A DNA stretch of 63,989 nucleotides, the filler included, from Welwitschia mirabilis (taxonomy: Eukaryota), in the NCBI GenBank assembly GCA_051453625.1. It is 14 parts of one record of this genome, joined end to end, with 100 filler letters (N's around TTAATTAATTAA, not from the genome) between each part and the next. Parts side by side here need not be neighbours in the genome. Positions count along the whole stretch, not along the records: positions 1 to 8,117 come from JBOZIK010000001.1; positions 8,218 to 10,419 come from JBOZIK010000001.1; positions 10,520 to 12,925 come from JBOZIK010000001.1; positions 13,026 to 17,165 come from JBOZIK010000001.1; 10 more parts are not named here. One strand, 5' to 3'. The notes beneath the pieces were generated by a model. The model was not told the origin of the DNA and made no database searches. It saw only the letters and a program-made list of their open reading frames with translations. The translations under genes were made by a program, and so were the position numbers. Shown here piece by piece: positions 1 to 13,499 of this stretch (position 1 is the stretch's first letter; every line of letters begins with the position of its first letter).

Positions 1-1962
1 TGCAATGTCAGAATACTGAGATGAATTCTCACATTGAGAGGAAGCAATGTTGTTTTTAGTCAAGATTGACATTGTCAGTTGTTATTCTATTTGAGGTTTA
101 TTTTTATTTAGCCAATAATCCCTGAAAAATGGGAACCAAACACAATAGATATCTGCTAATTTTGGTAGCTATTCTAACTATTTAAGCACTTAGTTTATAA
201 CGAAATGTGTGGCTTGTGTTTACATTTGATCTTCTGCCCACCACATTTAACAAGAACTGACAAGTGGGATGGGATTGCTTAATAAGAATTAAAGTGATAT
301 GTAAAATTTGGATTATGTTTCTGTTCTATGGGTGATTTGAAACACATAAGGTGTCAGTTGTAGAGTGACAAGTTGGTTTTATTGAATAATGTCTTCTCTT
401 AACCTCTTTCTCATGTGTCTTAATGTTAAAAAGTTTCTTTCCAATATAGTCACTCACATTCATATAATTTCTCTTTCAAAATTATTGCTTAGTAAATGTT
501 AAAATTTAAGTAATATATTTAGAATGGTATTTCATAATATATTTGGTTAATATCAAATGTGATTATTTTGAATTATATAAAAGTTGAATGTTAGAATAAA
601 AATGATTTTATAGTATGTTTATTAGTTGTTCTAAGTTTGTTTCAACCTTTAAATATCTCTAAATATTTATCTACATGTTTAATTTATGGATTTAACTTAC
701 ATTTTTGGATTCTAAATTTTTCCCCTTCTAGATTGCTTTGATCCAAATTGTAAATTTCTTCAACAAATATTAATGTAAAAAGTTTCTTCTTTTACATCTT
801 CATAAAATTCCAAGACCAAAATTTCTTTCAAGAAGTAATTTTTTTGGGGAAAAAACAAAAGATTTCAAAAGGAAAGACTTCTACTAAAGATAATATTTAG
901 GATATATCACTCAACAAGAAGTTTATCAAGGTATTAGAGGAATATATATTTCATTATACGTTATTGGTAGTAGTTACAAAATAATCCAACTAGGAGATTC
1001 CTATAACTAGAACAAGAAATGCCATCAAGACAACAACAAAGTTAAAAGTCATAGAAAATCCAAAAAACAATCAAGTAAAGTAAACAAGACATAACCAACA
1101 TGCAAGAAAAATAAAGAAAACTTGCAAAGAATGTAAGAGATACAATTTGTGAGGGATAGATAATATCTCTTTAGTAGGAGATACAATCATCCTTGAGTTA
1201 GATAGCCTATCCTAGACAAAGATGGAGCAATCCATAAGAGGATAAATACCATGCCAATGCCACAATAAAGTTGATGCATCATTATTGTTTTTGAGATTTA
1301 CTCTTTGTTATGAAATAAAACTATTCATGGCTTCAAGCTTTTTCTCTAGACACAGTTATTTTGCTAGTCTCATTACTTATAGAAACCACTTTTATCACAT
1401 AATTTTATTATTTCATAAGGTGAATGGGTATTTCTATCCAAAAAAACAAAGAGAGGAATGCAATAATTCACTTAGCACTCTCAATGCACTGATTTTTAAA
1501 TACTACACATAATCTTTTGCAAGAAGAGTTCATGAAGATATACCAAATGATGTTTTTGGGCCTCTTGTCTATTGGTTCTAGAGGGATGGAAGGGGTTGTA
1601 CCCTCATAACTTCTAGGAAATGAGTGCTAATATACCTCTATCCCCTTGTTATTTTTCTCACATTAGATGATAACACATTTTATTCATTAAATTTCCAAGC
1701 ATCTTATCCCATTCTATTCAAGTTTTGGTGCTTAACCAAAGGATTTGTCTTCACCTTTCCCATAATTGAAATGACCNNNNNNNNNNAACATTCCATTGTG
1801 AACCTCTAAGGGGTATGATGCCTAGGAATTTATTAGAACAAACCTTGAAGAGGGAGGAATAAACATAATACTATTTCTCAAATTATTTCACTATGATGGT
1901 TAGTATCAATTTGAGCTTTCTTAAACATAGAAGCAATCAAAACATGAACATTAGTGATTAAG

Positions 1963-2280
1963 GAAGAAGCGTGTTCTTGTAAGAGCACTTGATGTAGTCC
2001 CACAATGTTATGGGTTCAAGCCATAACCTCATGCTTGAGGTGTAGTATTTAAGTCTCCTCTCCTATGGCTAGGGATAATACTTTTCACTAGTTGTTGAAT
2101 GTGAAAGAGGCTCTACACTTGGGTCGATGGACAGTTCGTAAGACCTATGATAGACACTAGATACAGTGACGTGTATAGACTGTGGTAGCTGGGATAGGTT
2201 AATAATTATTTAAGACTACCACTGAAGAGTTTTAACCCATAGGACAATGGTGGGGCTTTTTCTTTGAAATAAAAAAAAAA
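1963..2280 (+). mobile_element. Possible degenerate tRNA-derived SINE
   Basis: tRNA-like head (GTAAGAGCACTTGATGTAGTC, then B-box-like GGGTTCAAGCC at 2012-2022), a body of about 250 bp and an A-rich tail at 2267-2280. No TSD found. Confidence 0.3.
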
Positions 2281-5200
2281 TTCAATTCATCATATATTCC
2301 ACTGTTTTGTATGAATGTCCATTTTGAGGGCCAGCTATTAGTGAAAGAAATTGGAAAGATATTTAGAGAGTATAAACATTTTTCTTACTAGATGAACTTA
2401 AGGTAAAGATTCAAACACCATATCTCATGATGTTGTTAGAATGTGATATTTTACCCATTAAAGTTAAAGCCATGTGTCAGTTTTGTGCTTACACTCTAAA
2501 ACTAATGGAAGTGAAACAACTTAAACTTTCAAGAGTAGTTCCTAAAGCTATAAAAGAGAAAGAATGGTACTTTTAGGAAATGCAGTGGCTAAAAAAGTGG
2601 AATATATCTTAGGAGAATGTCCAAATCAAGTCCCCTAATATTCGTTGCTTCATCAAGCAGCATGTCCTATTAAAATTGTGAACAAATGTATAAGGTAAGA
2701 GAAGTTTTATTTTTGAGCATATTAGCCTTAATCAGGTTGATTCACTAGTTCACTATCTCATAGCAAAAATCCCAATGAAGACATGAAACCTTATTGGAAA
2801 AGTTTGATTAAGTTCACATTGTCTTAGAATCGAAAGAGAAAGATGGAATAGCATATCCAAAGAAGAGTGAACATGTAGATTATGTAATCTAGGAGTCCTT
2901 GAAGACAAAGAACATGTTTTATGTTTTTGGCTACTACAGAACCTATAAGAGAACAATTTAATATTACCACAAGAAATCTCTTTGATTTTTTCATATTACA
3001 TCTAGTGGTTTTTGGCCACTTTATTGAATTTATCTTTGTATTCCATGCCATGATCATTTCCTCTATCTAATATATCCTATGGGCTTTTANNNNNNNNNNN
3101 NNNNNNNNNNNNNNNNNNNNNNNNNNNNNNNNNNNNNNNNNNNNNNNNNNNNNNNNNNNNNNNNNNNNNNNNNNNNNNNNNNNNNNNNNNNNNNNNNNNN
3201 NNNNNNNNNNNNNNNNNNNNNNNNNNNNNNNNNNNNNNNNNNNNNNNNNNNNNNNNNNNNNNNNNNNNNNNNNNNNNNNNNNNNNNNNNNNNNNNNNNNN
3301 NNNNNNNNNNNNNNNNNNNNNNNNNNNNNNNNNNNNNNNNNNNNNNNNNNNNNNNNNNNNNNNNNNNNNNNNNNNNNNNNNNNNNNNNNNNNNNNNNNNN
3401 NNNNNNNNNNNNNNNNNNNNNNNNNNNNNNNNNNNNNNNNNNNNNNNNNNNNNNNNNNNNNNNNNNNNNNNNNNNNNNNNNNNNNNNNNNNNNNNNNNNN
3501 NNNNNNNNNNNNNNNNNNNNNNNNNNNNNNNNNNNNNNNNNNNNNNNNNNNNNNNNNNNNNNNNNNNNNNNNNNNNNNNNNNNNNNNNNNNNNNNNNNNN
3601 NNNNNNNNNNNNNNNNNNNNNNNNNNNNNNNNNNNNNNNNNNNNNNNNNNNNNNNNNNNNNNNNNNNNNNNNNNNNNNNNNNNNNNNNNNNNNNNNNNNN
3701 NNNNNNNNNNNNNNNNNNNNNNNNNNNNNNNNNNNNNNNNNNNNNNNNNNNNNNNNNNNNNNNNNNNNNNNNNNNNNNNNNNNNNNNNNNNNNNNNNNNN
3801 NNNNNNNNNNNNNNNNNNNNNNNNNNNNNNNNNNNNNNNNNNNNNNNNNNNNNNNNNNNNNNNNNNNNNNNNNNNNNNNNNNNNNNNNNNNNNNNNNNNN
3901 NNNNNNNNNNNNNNNNNNNNNNNNNNNNNNNNNNNNNNNNNNNNNNNNNNNNNNNNNNNNNNNNNNNNNNNNNNNNNNNNNNNNNNNNNNNNNNNNNNNN
4001 NNNNNNNNNNNNNNNNNNNNNNNNNNNNNNNNNNNNNNNTCTCATCACATCATAAGTATAAGGTTAAGCTTTGAGAGAAGTATTTTTAGTTTTGATGTTG
4101 TATGAAGCCCCTTAAAAAGGTTACACCAACACAATAAAATTCATTTAAGAGGAATTGCAACCTCCTAAATATGATCCTACATAATTCTTTAGGCTTTTAA
4201 CTTCTGTAGATTCTATTCAATTTATAAAATCAAATCCTTCTTTTCATTTGACTCCTTATCAATATTTAAATTTTGATCTTTGTAAATAAAATATCACCAT
4301 TAAATGATAACAACATAGTAAGATCACCAAACAGAGATAACAAATTATTACTTGGACTATGTAATATGCATCATTTTTATTAAATAAATGTAGTTTAATA
4401 ACAAAAAATTAATGCATAGCATTTTATGAAAATGTACTAATCTTTAATAGTATAATATTATGAATTTTAATAGTTAAAAATGTTATACTAAAGTCATTAA
4501 TAGTATTTCATCACACTACTTCCTATTCCCTCCCTTTATACCTTAGCCCAGATAACGAGCTCCATAATTAAGCATGCTTGTGCTAGAGTAGAATTGGGAT
4601 GTAAACTCCAAGGAAGTGTAAGTTAGGAAATTAAATAATACACTAAATGAAATAAAAATAAATAAAATTACAACTATGAACATAGGAATAAATCTACTTA
4701 TTTACCTAATATCTTATCAATAACTAAAAGTAAATGAACAAATAAATAAAATATACATGCAAGAATACAACCCTAATTAGTGGATATTCTTGGTGAATAA
4801 TTAATTAATAACTTAATGAATGGATATAGTATTAATGGATGGTAGTATAATTTTGAGACACTCATCTTCATTTAAGAGATTATGGTCTCAAACCTTGCAA
4901 TGACTTGATTAGCATTCTATAAGTTTATGCATGTAAGTAACTTATTTGTTTAGGTGGTCATGGTGGCTTTACCCTTAAAGGGAAGGTAGGATTAGTAAAA
5001 GTTTTGAGTTTGACATCCTACCTTAATAAATGAATACTATTAATGAATAGCTAATTAATATATAATTAATAATCAATCAATATTAATTAATTAATTAGTA
5101 TATAATGCAAAACAATACACACGTGTAATTAATAAAAGAGTAAAAGTTAAAATGAATGTGTATAAATAACATAAAACTATGCACTAAAATATTGAAGATC

Positions 5201-5445
5201 TATAAAACTATTAACTAAAGTAAGCTTAACTCATTGACTTGAAAACAAAGAATTACTAAAGAACTAGCTAGGATGATCAAATATGTAATCATCTTAGTTC
5301 AAATTGTATTACTAAATTTGATTCTTAATAACGATCAACTTGGACAATTTACATTAAATATTTTCATTTTAATATTATTATTTTTAGTTTTTAATACTTT
5401 TTTTTCCTTAATACATCTTTTAATATCTTTATAAGAGAGTATTAA

Positions 5446-6161
5446 TGATGCAATGCTAGTGCAATAAAAACACCAAGAAGACTTTTATGATTATGTTTTC
5501 AGAGAAGGAAAAAAATATAATAGAAAATATGTGAAAAATGAATTATTAAATATAAAAAAGGAATTACTTTTTGTAACTAAAACAAAAATTACAAGGCTTA
5601 CAAACTAGAAAAACTAGCATAGATTCCAGGATCTCTCTTCTCAATCGTGGCCTCTAAAGCCTCACCTAGGGTTTATCATTCAGATACTTGATAGGCTTTA
5701 AGAGAAAATACAAGTGAGTCATGATATTCCACTAGGAATTGTGTACTTAAGTTTTCCATCAAAAGCTCCTCTCAATCTCCAACTCTAAAATCACTTACTT
5801 CTCCCTTCTCTAATTCATGCTATTCATACCCTCATACCATCTTATTTATAAGACTTCAAGAAAAATTCTTATCAATAAATAATCCTTCTAATATTAGATT
5901 TTTATATAATTTACTAAAAATAGATTCTAAATATAACATATTCCTTACACCTTATCATTTCTTAAACAAAACATATTCCACTCACTGAGATTCCTTGTAT
6001 AATAACTACATATGACACCTACATGTTGGTTTCATGTTCCCTTTATGATAATTACATATGGTGGATTTTATTTTTTACACAAAGACACTAAAACTTTAAA
6101 AACTAGTTTCCTAATTAAAACATAATTTGTATTTTTATTTTCTAAGGATGCTTCTATGTCA
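5446..6161 (-). mobile_element. Probable 3' LTR of a CRM-like gypsy element
   Basis: On the minus strand a purine tract AAGTAGGAAGAA directly precedes TGAC at 6161, a TATAAATA box lies near 5843-5850 and a CATCA end at 5446. It lies downstream of the integrase remnant. Confidence 0.4.
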
Positions 6162-7149
6162 TTCTTCCTACTTGAAAGTGAGCTATCATATGAAAATGGT
6201 TCATCTTTTAGCAGACTTTCATAGTTCTACTCCAAAATCCAAATTGTATCATCAAGGAAATTTCTTATTAATTTAACTAATTNNNNNNNNNNNNNNNNNN
6301 NNNNNNNNNNNNNNNNNNNNNNNNNNNNNNNNNNNNNNNNNNNNNNNNNNNNNNNNNNNNNNNNNNNNNNNNNNNNNNNNNNNNNNNNNNNNNNNNNNNN
6401 NNNNNNNNNNNNNNNNNNNNNNNNNNNNNNNNNNNNNNNNNNNNNNNNNNNNNNNNNNNNNNNNNNNNNNNNNNNNNNNNNNNNNNNNNNNNNNNNNNNN
6501 NNNNNNNNNNNNNNNNNNNNNNNNNNNNNNNNNNNNNNNNNNNNNNNNNNNNNNNNNNNNNNNNNNNNNNNNNNNNNNNNNNNNNNNNNNNNNNNNNNNN
6601 NNNNNNNNNNNNNNNNNNNNNNNNNNNNNNNNNNNNNNNNNNNNNNNNNNNNNNNNNNNNNNNNNNNNNNNNNNNNNNNNNNNNNNNNNNNNNNNNNNNN
6701 NNNNNNNNNNNNNNNNNNNNNNNNNNNNNNNNNNNNNNNNNNNNNNNNNNNNNNNNNNNNNNNNNNNNNNNNNNNNNNNNNNNNNNNNNNNNNNNNNNNN
6801 NNNNNNNNNNNNNNNNNNNNNNNNNNNNNNNNNNNNNNNNNNNNNNNNNNNNNNNNNNNNNNNNNNNNNNNNNNNNNNNNNNNNNNNNNNNNNNNNNNNN
6901 NNNNNNNNNNNNNNNNNNNNNNNNNNNNNNNNNNNNNNNNNNNNNNNNNNNNNNNNNNNNNNNNNNNNNNNNNNNNNNNNNNNNNNNNNNNNNNNNNNNN
7001 NNNNNNNNNNNNNNNNNNNNNNNNNNNNNNNNNNNNNNNNNNNNNNNNNNNNNNNNNNNNNNNNNNNNNNNNNNNNNNNNNNNTTATCCTCCATAAGTTA
7101 TTCATAATAATTCACTAAGTGTAGAATATTGAATATAAGTGAAACACCT

Positions 7150-8110
7150 ACATTCTTTAGAAGATCTAATTGATAATCATTTGATGAAATATTCTTTAAA
7201 ATTCTACATGAATCAATCTTCTAGAACTTGAGCTTGTTATATGTTCCTATGTAAGACCTTCCTTTAATAACTACATCATCTTCCTTAAACTATATATGTC
7301 TTTGATGCTAGTCTACTACATCCTTAGCCTTAGAGCTTGATTCTTCCAAATATTATTACACACGCTCATTGAGTTCTGTAATTTTCTTTGCATAGTCCTC
7401 TATCATAACTGACAGTTCTAACATATCATGCAACATATTTATTATCCTTGAGTAATATCTACACCCCAATTTAGTCAGTGACTTTATTATTCTTTTTTTG
7501 ATTGAATTATCATAATAAAACTCTACATCTAGTAAGTAATATTTTGACTTATCTAGCTTACTTGTATGAAGACATCTTAGTAAGCTCCTAATGCTATGAT
7601 TTACCACTACTATCTATCCATTTATTTATGGATAATATGTTGAAGAATATTATAACTTTATATCCATCATATATCATAGGCTACTTTAAAAATAAGAAAT
7701 AATTTTTACATCTTTTTTTAATGCTATTATCTTTAAAAATATATAAAGACACATAATTTCTTTCAAGAATAATGTAGTAGTTCATGAAGCATTAATTATA
7801 TTAGTACAAGAGAGAAAATATTCCATCTTGCTCAATTTAGTCCATCATTATCATGATAAAATTATATCCTCTCTTAAAATAAGATAATTCCAAAATTAAA
7901 TTATCACTTAAGTCTTATCATGGCTTTGCTAAAACTAGTAATGATAGGTACACTCCTGCATTTGTCAATCCTTTCTTTGCTTTTTAACATGTAGAGTAAC
8001 TTCACACCATCCATTGTACATCCATGTATGTCTTAGGTTAATAGTATAACCTCTTTTATAATTCATAGTTTTTATCTAATCCAAAATGTCTAGCCATTTG
8101 TTCATAATAT
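7150..8110 (-). mobile_element. Degenerate Ty3/gypsy integrase (CRM-like chromovirus)
   Basis: Minus-strand translation gives HFGLDK, then KAK..LTNAGVYL, SSTYYP and VVNHSIRSLLRCL...VEFYYDNSI, matching GHFGRDKT / SSAYHPQTDGQTEVVNRSLGNLLRCL / AEFAYNNS. Many stops and frameshifts. Confidence 0.8.
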
Positions 8111-8399
8111 TTTTTCTNNNNNNNNNNNNNNNNNNNNNNNNNNNNNNNNNNNNNNNNNNNNTTAATTAATTAANNNNNNNNNNNNNNNNNNNNNNNNNNN
8201 NNNNNNNNNNNNNNNNNAATTAAAAAAAATGAAAAATCAACTCCCATAAGAAACAAAGAAAAGGAAAAGTTAAAAGAGACAAGGTTACTTATAATTTCTT
8301 ACAAATAACCTTTATCCTTTCTATAAGCTTTGAATAAAGAAACAGTAGAGGACTTAGAAAAAACTTTGCCTACTTACTGAGAGCCTTTATCATTTTTGT

Positions 8400-9623
8400 A
8401 ATGATTTAGAAAGAAGAACATAGAAAAACAATAATTAGAGGTATTACAATATTTAAGAAAGTAAAAATTAGCATGCTTCTTTTAGAAATAATTATAAAGA
8501 TTCCCTCATATGCAAAGTTCCTTAAGGATATGTGCATGGTGAATAGATGCANNNNNNNNNNNNNNNNNNNNNNNNNNNNNNNNNNNNNNNNNNNNNNNNN
8601 NNNNNNNNNNNNNNNNNNNNNNNNNNNNNNNNNNNNNNNNNNNNNNNNNNNNNNNNNNNNNNNNNNNNNNNNNNNNNNNNNNNNNNNNNNNNNNNNNNNN
8701 NNNNNNNNNNNNNNNNNNNNNNNNNNNNNNNNNNNNNNNNNNNNNNNNNNNNNNNNNNNNNNNNNNNNNNNNNNNNNNNNNNNNNNNNNNNNNNNNNNNN
8801 NNNNNNNNNNNNNNNNNNNNNNNNNNNNNNNNNNNNNNNNNNNNNNNNNNNNNNNNNNNNNNNNNNNNNNNNNNNNNNNNNNNNNNNNNNNNNNNNNNNN
8901 NNNNNNNNNNNNNNNNNNNNNNNNNNNNNNNNNNNNNNNNNNNNNNNNNNNNNNNNNNNNNNNNNNNNNNNNNNNNNNNNNNNNNNNNNNNNNNNNATTA
9001 CCAAATAATTCCAAAGAGGCTAATTTTGTTAACAAAATTTGCAACTATAAAAGTTCTCCTCATGAGCTAAAAGTTCTCCATCCCAGGCCATTATTTAACT
9101 CTAGTCAAAATGATTTTGAGTCTTCTTTCTAGTATATCATTGAAGAAACTCCTAATAAGCAAAAGAAGAAATTAGTTTAGTCTTTCCACAAAAGACACAG
9201 TTTTATCCAAGAATGTGTTTCTCATATAATCTCAAACCTCTAAGTATGTTAAGTTGTTCAAAGACCTAGTTAGAAAAAAATAGGAATGTACCATTCCTAG
9301 TAAGTATTCCTTACTTAATCTATATTTAACTTAGTTATGCAAAAGTGTCCTAAATTAAAAGGCGCTAAGGAAATAATAGTGAGTGTTACTTTGAAAGAAA
9401 ACAAGAGAATTAGAAAAGTCTTGATTGATATAGGAACAAGTGTAAACATCATGCCTCTTCATATATGTAAAAGACTTAGATTTGAAAATAGAGTAAAACC
9501 TCTATGAATCATCTTAGAATTGGCTGATTCTTTAATTAAGAAAACCTTGGTATCATCAAAGAGTTAGTTATCCAAATAAAAAAAGCCTTCTATCCCATAT
9601 ACATGATTATTATTAAAGTAAAA
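8400..9623 (+). mobile_element. Athila-like gag C-terminus and aspartic protease (degenerate)
   Basis: LLEIIIKIPSYAKFLKDMC at 8479-8535, protease motif LIDIGTSVNIMP near 9421-9456, then LELADSLIKK and AFYPI. Interrupted by an LTR at 9624. Confidence 0.85.
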
Positions 9624-10419
9624 TGTTGTGACGCCAACTTATATGTATTTGATAGGGTATTTTGAGTTGTTTTGCAAATGAATTAATAAATAATTACTTA
9701 TCTCTTATGATAATAGAGAATCAAGGAGCACAAGACAAAAACATTCAAGTATCAGATAAAACACAAGTATTTCATGTAGATACAAACAAGTATCATTTTG
9801 GGATAACAATTCTTACAGACAACAAAGCAATCTGACTGACTAAAGATTAAGAAATGACTGTCGTCCACAATGTCGTCTATACGATAGTCAGGATAAAAAC
9901 TTCAATTGAGAAATAAATAGAGTTCTTTTAAGATNNNNNNNNNNCCCAGTTGAACTAAAGATCTTTCTATCGAACATCATCATCCACATCATCGTCCAGA
10001 CGTCACTGGTAAACGACATCTCGAAAACCAGTCGACAATAGTTTACATGCAATCCAACAAACAGATAAACTGAAGCAGAACTAGAGTTCCAATTATCGAT
10101 CCTCATCGTCCCCTCCTTCGTCCGGATGATCATCGAGATGATACTATTTTCCCATAGTTTTACATAATGTTTTCCTGAGTTGTCGCCTCTTTATTGCGAC
10201 TTTATTTTGCATATCAGCTAGGGTTTCTCCTTTACTTTTCTATCAGTTTCCTTTCCCTTTCTGTCTATAAATAAAGGTTTCCCCCTCAATCCCTAATCAT
10301 CTTTGACAGTACTTGATATTCTCATGATAGGAGATCTTAGGACTGGAGAACCATCCAGCAATTATAGAGAGACATTCCCTTGGTGTCGGGCGGCATTTCC
10401 TTCATTGAGAAATAGCTAC
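9624..10419 (+). mobile_element. Athila-like LTR subtype A (5' part) nested in a protease region
   Basis: Starts TGTTGTGACGCCAACTTATATGTATTTGATAGGG, colinear with the PPT-adjacent LTR start at 29901. TATAAATAAAGG near 10266. Confidence 0.85.
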
Positions 10420-10519
10420 NNNNNNNNNNNNNNNNNNNNNNNNNNNNNNNNNNNNNNNNNNNNTTAATTAATTAANNNNNNNNNNNNNNNNNNNNNNNNN
10501 NNNNNNNNNNNNNNNNNNN

Positions 10520-12925
10520 GTGGAACTTATAAGAATAAATTAAACCAACTTTGTTTTTACAATGTCATCTAATTGAAGAGAGATTGATAATGCTACATGA
10601 ACTTTGTATGATGATCTAACTAAAATACATTGTCTTGATTATGAGGATGAGGAAGTGTTAAATTGGAAAGAAGGCCAACATGTAAACTCAATAAAAAATA
10701 TTTTCAATGTGCATCATCCATAACAGTCATCTGGATGATAGTCTAGGATGATAGTTAATGATGGCAACTTGGTAATAGGAAGTGAAAGTTACAATTTAGA
10801 GCTAAAAACTTAACCACAGATCTGAAATACATTTTTATATCCAATAATCTAAAAAAAACTTTGATGATAAGTTAACTTCTCACTTTTCAATAACAGCCTA
10901 CCTTAGTTTCACTTTTAAATTTTAAGGAAAATGCTTTTGCATAAACCCACAAATACTTAGCTACCATTTCCCCTTCCATAGTTTAGCATAAAAAATATCT
11001 TGAGGATAATGCTAAACCAGTTAAGTAACACTAACAACATCTTAACCTAATCCTTAAGCAAATAGTCAAAGATGAAATTATTAAATTTACTAATGCTAAT
11101 ATTATCTATGGTATATATCCTAGTGTGTGGGTTAGACCCTTGATGATAGTTCCTAAAAAGGATGGAAAATGGAGAATGTGCATTGACTTTAGAAAACTTA
11201 ATGAGGTTATTAAGAAGGATTATTGCCCTATACCCTTTCTTAATGAAGTACTTGATAGAATCCAAGTACATGCCTACTACTATTTCTTGATGGATATGGT
11301 GGTTACAATGAGGTTTGCATAGCTAGTAAAGAGAAAGAAAAGATAACTTTTACTTCTTCATTTAGAACCTTTACCTTTAGAAGAATGCCTTTTGGAATTT
11401 GTAATGACCTTTTAACTTCTCAATAAGAAATGATGTGTATCTTTTCTAAGATAATAAAATAATCTATTAAAATCTTTATAGATGACTTGTCAATATTTGG
11501 TGAAAGTTTTAAATAAATCATGGAAAGATTAGAGAAAGTCTTAAACAAATGTATAGGAAGTGGCCTACACTTGAGTTATGAAAAGAGTTTCTTCGTGATC
11601 AACAATGGAGTTTTTTTAGGTCATTACATTTTTAGTGAGTGAATTAGGATAAACCCTGCAAAATTTGATATCATTCGAAACCTTAACCCTCTAAGTAATG
11701 TTAAATAAGTTAGATCTTTCCTTGGTCGTGCTAGTTTCTATTGTCATTTTATTCATTATTATGCCAAGTTTTACAAGCCCCTTCCTTCATTGAAAAAGAA
11801 TCTAAATCTAATTAGAATGACTCATGTTAACTTGTCTTTGAAATCNNNNNNNNNNNNNNNNNNNNTAAACCTATTGTAATCTATTCTAATTGAACTAAAT
11901 ATTTTGAAGTTATGTGTGATGATAGTAACATTGTTGTGGTTGGGGTTCTTGATCAAAAATGCAAAAACATTCTTAAAATCATATCATATCTTATTAAAAC
12001 TTTGCCTAAGGTCCAATCCAACTATACTATCACTAAAGAAGAAATGCTTTCCATTATCTTTTATCTAGATTATCTTAGACACTATCTTCTTGCTTTTATA
12101 TCAATGTTTACATGGATCATGTAGCTATAGATTATACTATAACCAAGTAATATTTAGTACTAGACTTATTAGGTGAATCCTTCTCATGTAAGAATTTAAT
12201 CTTACCATCATTTATAAGGCTAGGAAATATGATAGTATTGTAGATCATTTGTTTTAACTTTCTTATTCTCTCAATGAACTTTCCATCAATGATTGATTTT
12301 AAATGAGAAACTCTTTATCATTAAAAACTCTATTTCATCTCTTCGACTCATCTTGCTCCTTCGTATGTTGATACTATGAATTACCTTATTACCTTGAAAA
12401 CACCTTAGCATTGAAACCATAACTAAAAAAAATCTTTTCTTCATAAGATTGGTTATTATGAGTGGAATAAATCCTATCTAACGTTTGCCCTTACAAGATA
12501 TGTAGGAGATGATTTACTGGTAAAATGACTATAGTGGAAATTCTTCACTTGCGTTTCTATGGGTCTACTCTTTTTAAGAATTCTTTTAACTTTGCTAAAA
12601 GGTATGATTTTTATTAATGTTATGGTATCCTAACTTGCTCTCAAGGTATGCCCCTTAAAACCTATGCTTGAATGTAAACCTTTTGACTCTTGGGGTAGGT
12701 CCTATTAAATCACCTTCTCATGATAAAAAAATACATCTTAGTGGTTGTCAATTATGTTATCAAGGGGGTTAAAGTTATTCTTACTACCAAAAATGATGTC
12801 TAAACTATTTGTAATTTTATTCAAACTTATATCTTTTAGCATTCTGATTTACTTAAAATCATAATTAGTGATCAGGTGACTTATTTTATTAATTATCATT
12901 TTGAAAAACTCCTTTTATCCATTGG
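10520..12925 (+). mobile_element. Athila-like pol remnant: RT, RNase H and integrase
   Basis: WVRPLMIVPKKDGKWRMCIDFRKLN, RRMPFG, FIDD near 11476-11487, VRSFLG, EVMCDDS, NYTITKEEML, and integrase-like KPFDSWG / YILVVVNYV / IISDQ. Multiple stops and frameshifts. Confidence 0.95.
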
Positions 12926-13499
12926 NNNNNNNNNNNNNNNNNNNNNNNNNNNNNNNNNNNNNNNNNNNNTTAATTAATTAANNNNNNNNNNNNNNNNNNN
13001 NNNNNNNNNNNNNNNNNNNNNNNNNGTTTTTTTGTTATTTTTTTGATTTCAGTTGTGGTTTTTATCCATAGGAATTGTGTCATATCTTATAGTTTGTAAA
13101 CCTAATTTACTTGAATAATAAGTATATAAAGCTTTTAGTCAAATTAATAATTATCCTTATTTAAGTTTCTTGTCAAATAAGATATCATTGTAAAATTAAC
13201 CTTGGTTTCTAATATTTATATTTTACTATGAAAATGATAAAAATTATGTTAAAAGGTTTTATAGAAAAATCTATTTAAAAATTTAAAATTACATAATTCC
13301 ATTATGTGAGAAATTAAAACCACATGATAAAAATAATAAATTAAAAATTTTAAGAGAACATAATAATNNNNNNNNNNNNNNNNNNNNNNNNNNNNNNNNN
13401 NNNNNNNNNNNNNNNNNNNNNNNNNNNNNNNNNNNNNNNNNNNNTTATGTTATGTGATTGATAGATTTTACGCATTTAAAATAAATAAAGATTTGAATA

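Noticed and set aside
850..1900. Possible LINE or LTR fragment at the start of the window
   Set aside because: It looks like decayed repeat DNA, but I could not recover any diagnostic motif in the frames I translated.
1965..2030. Possible tRNA gene
   Set aside because: The acceptor and anticodon stems do not pair into a cloverleaf. At most this is a SINE head.
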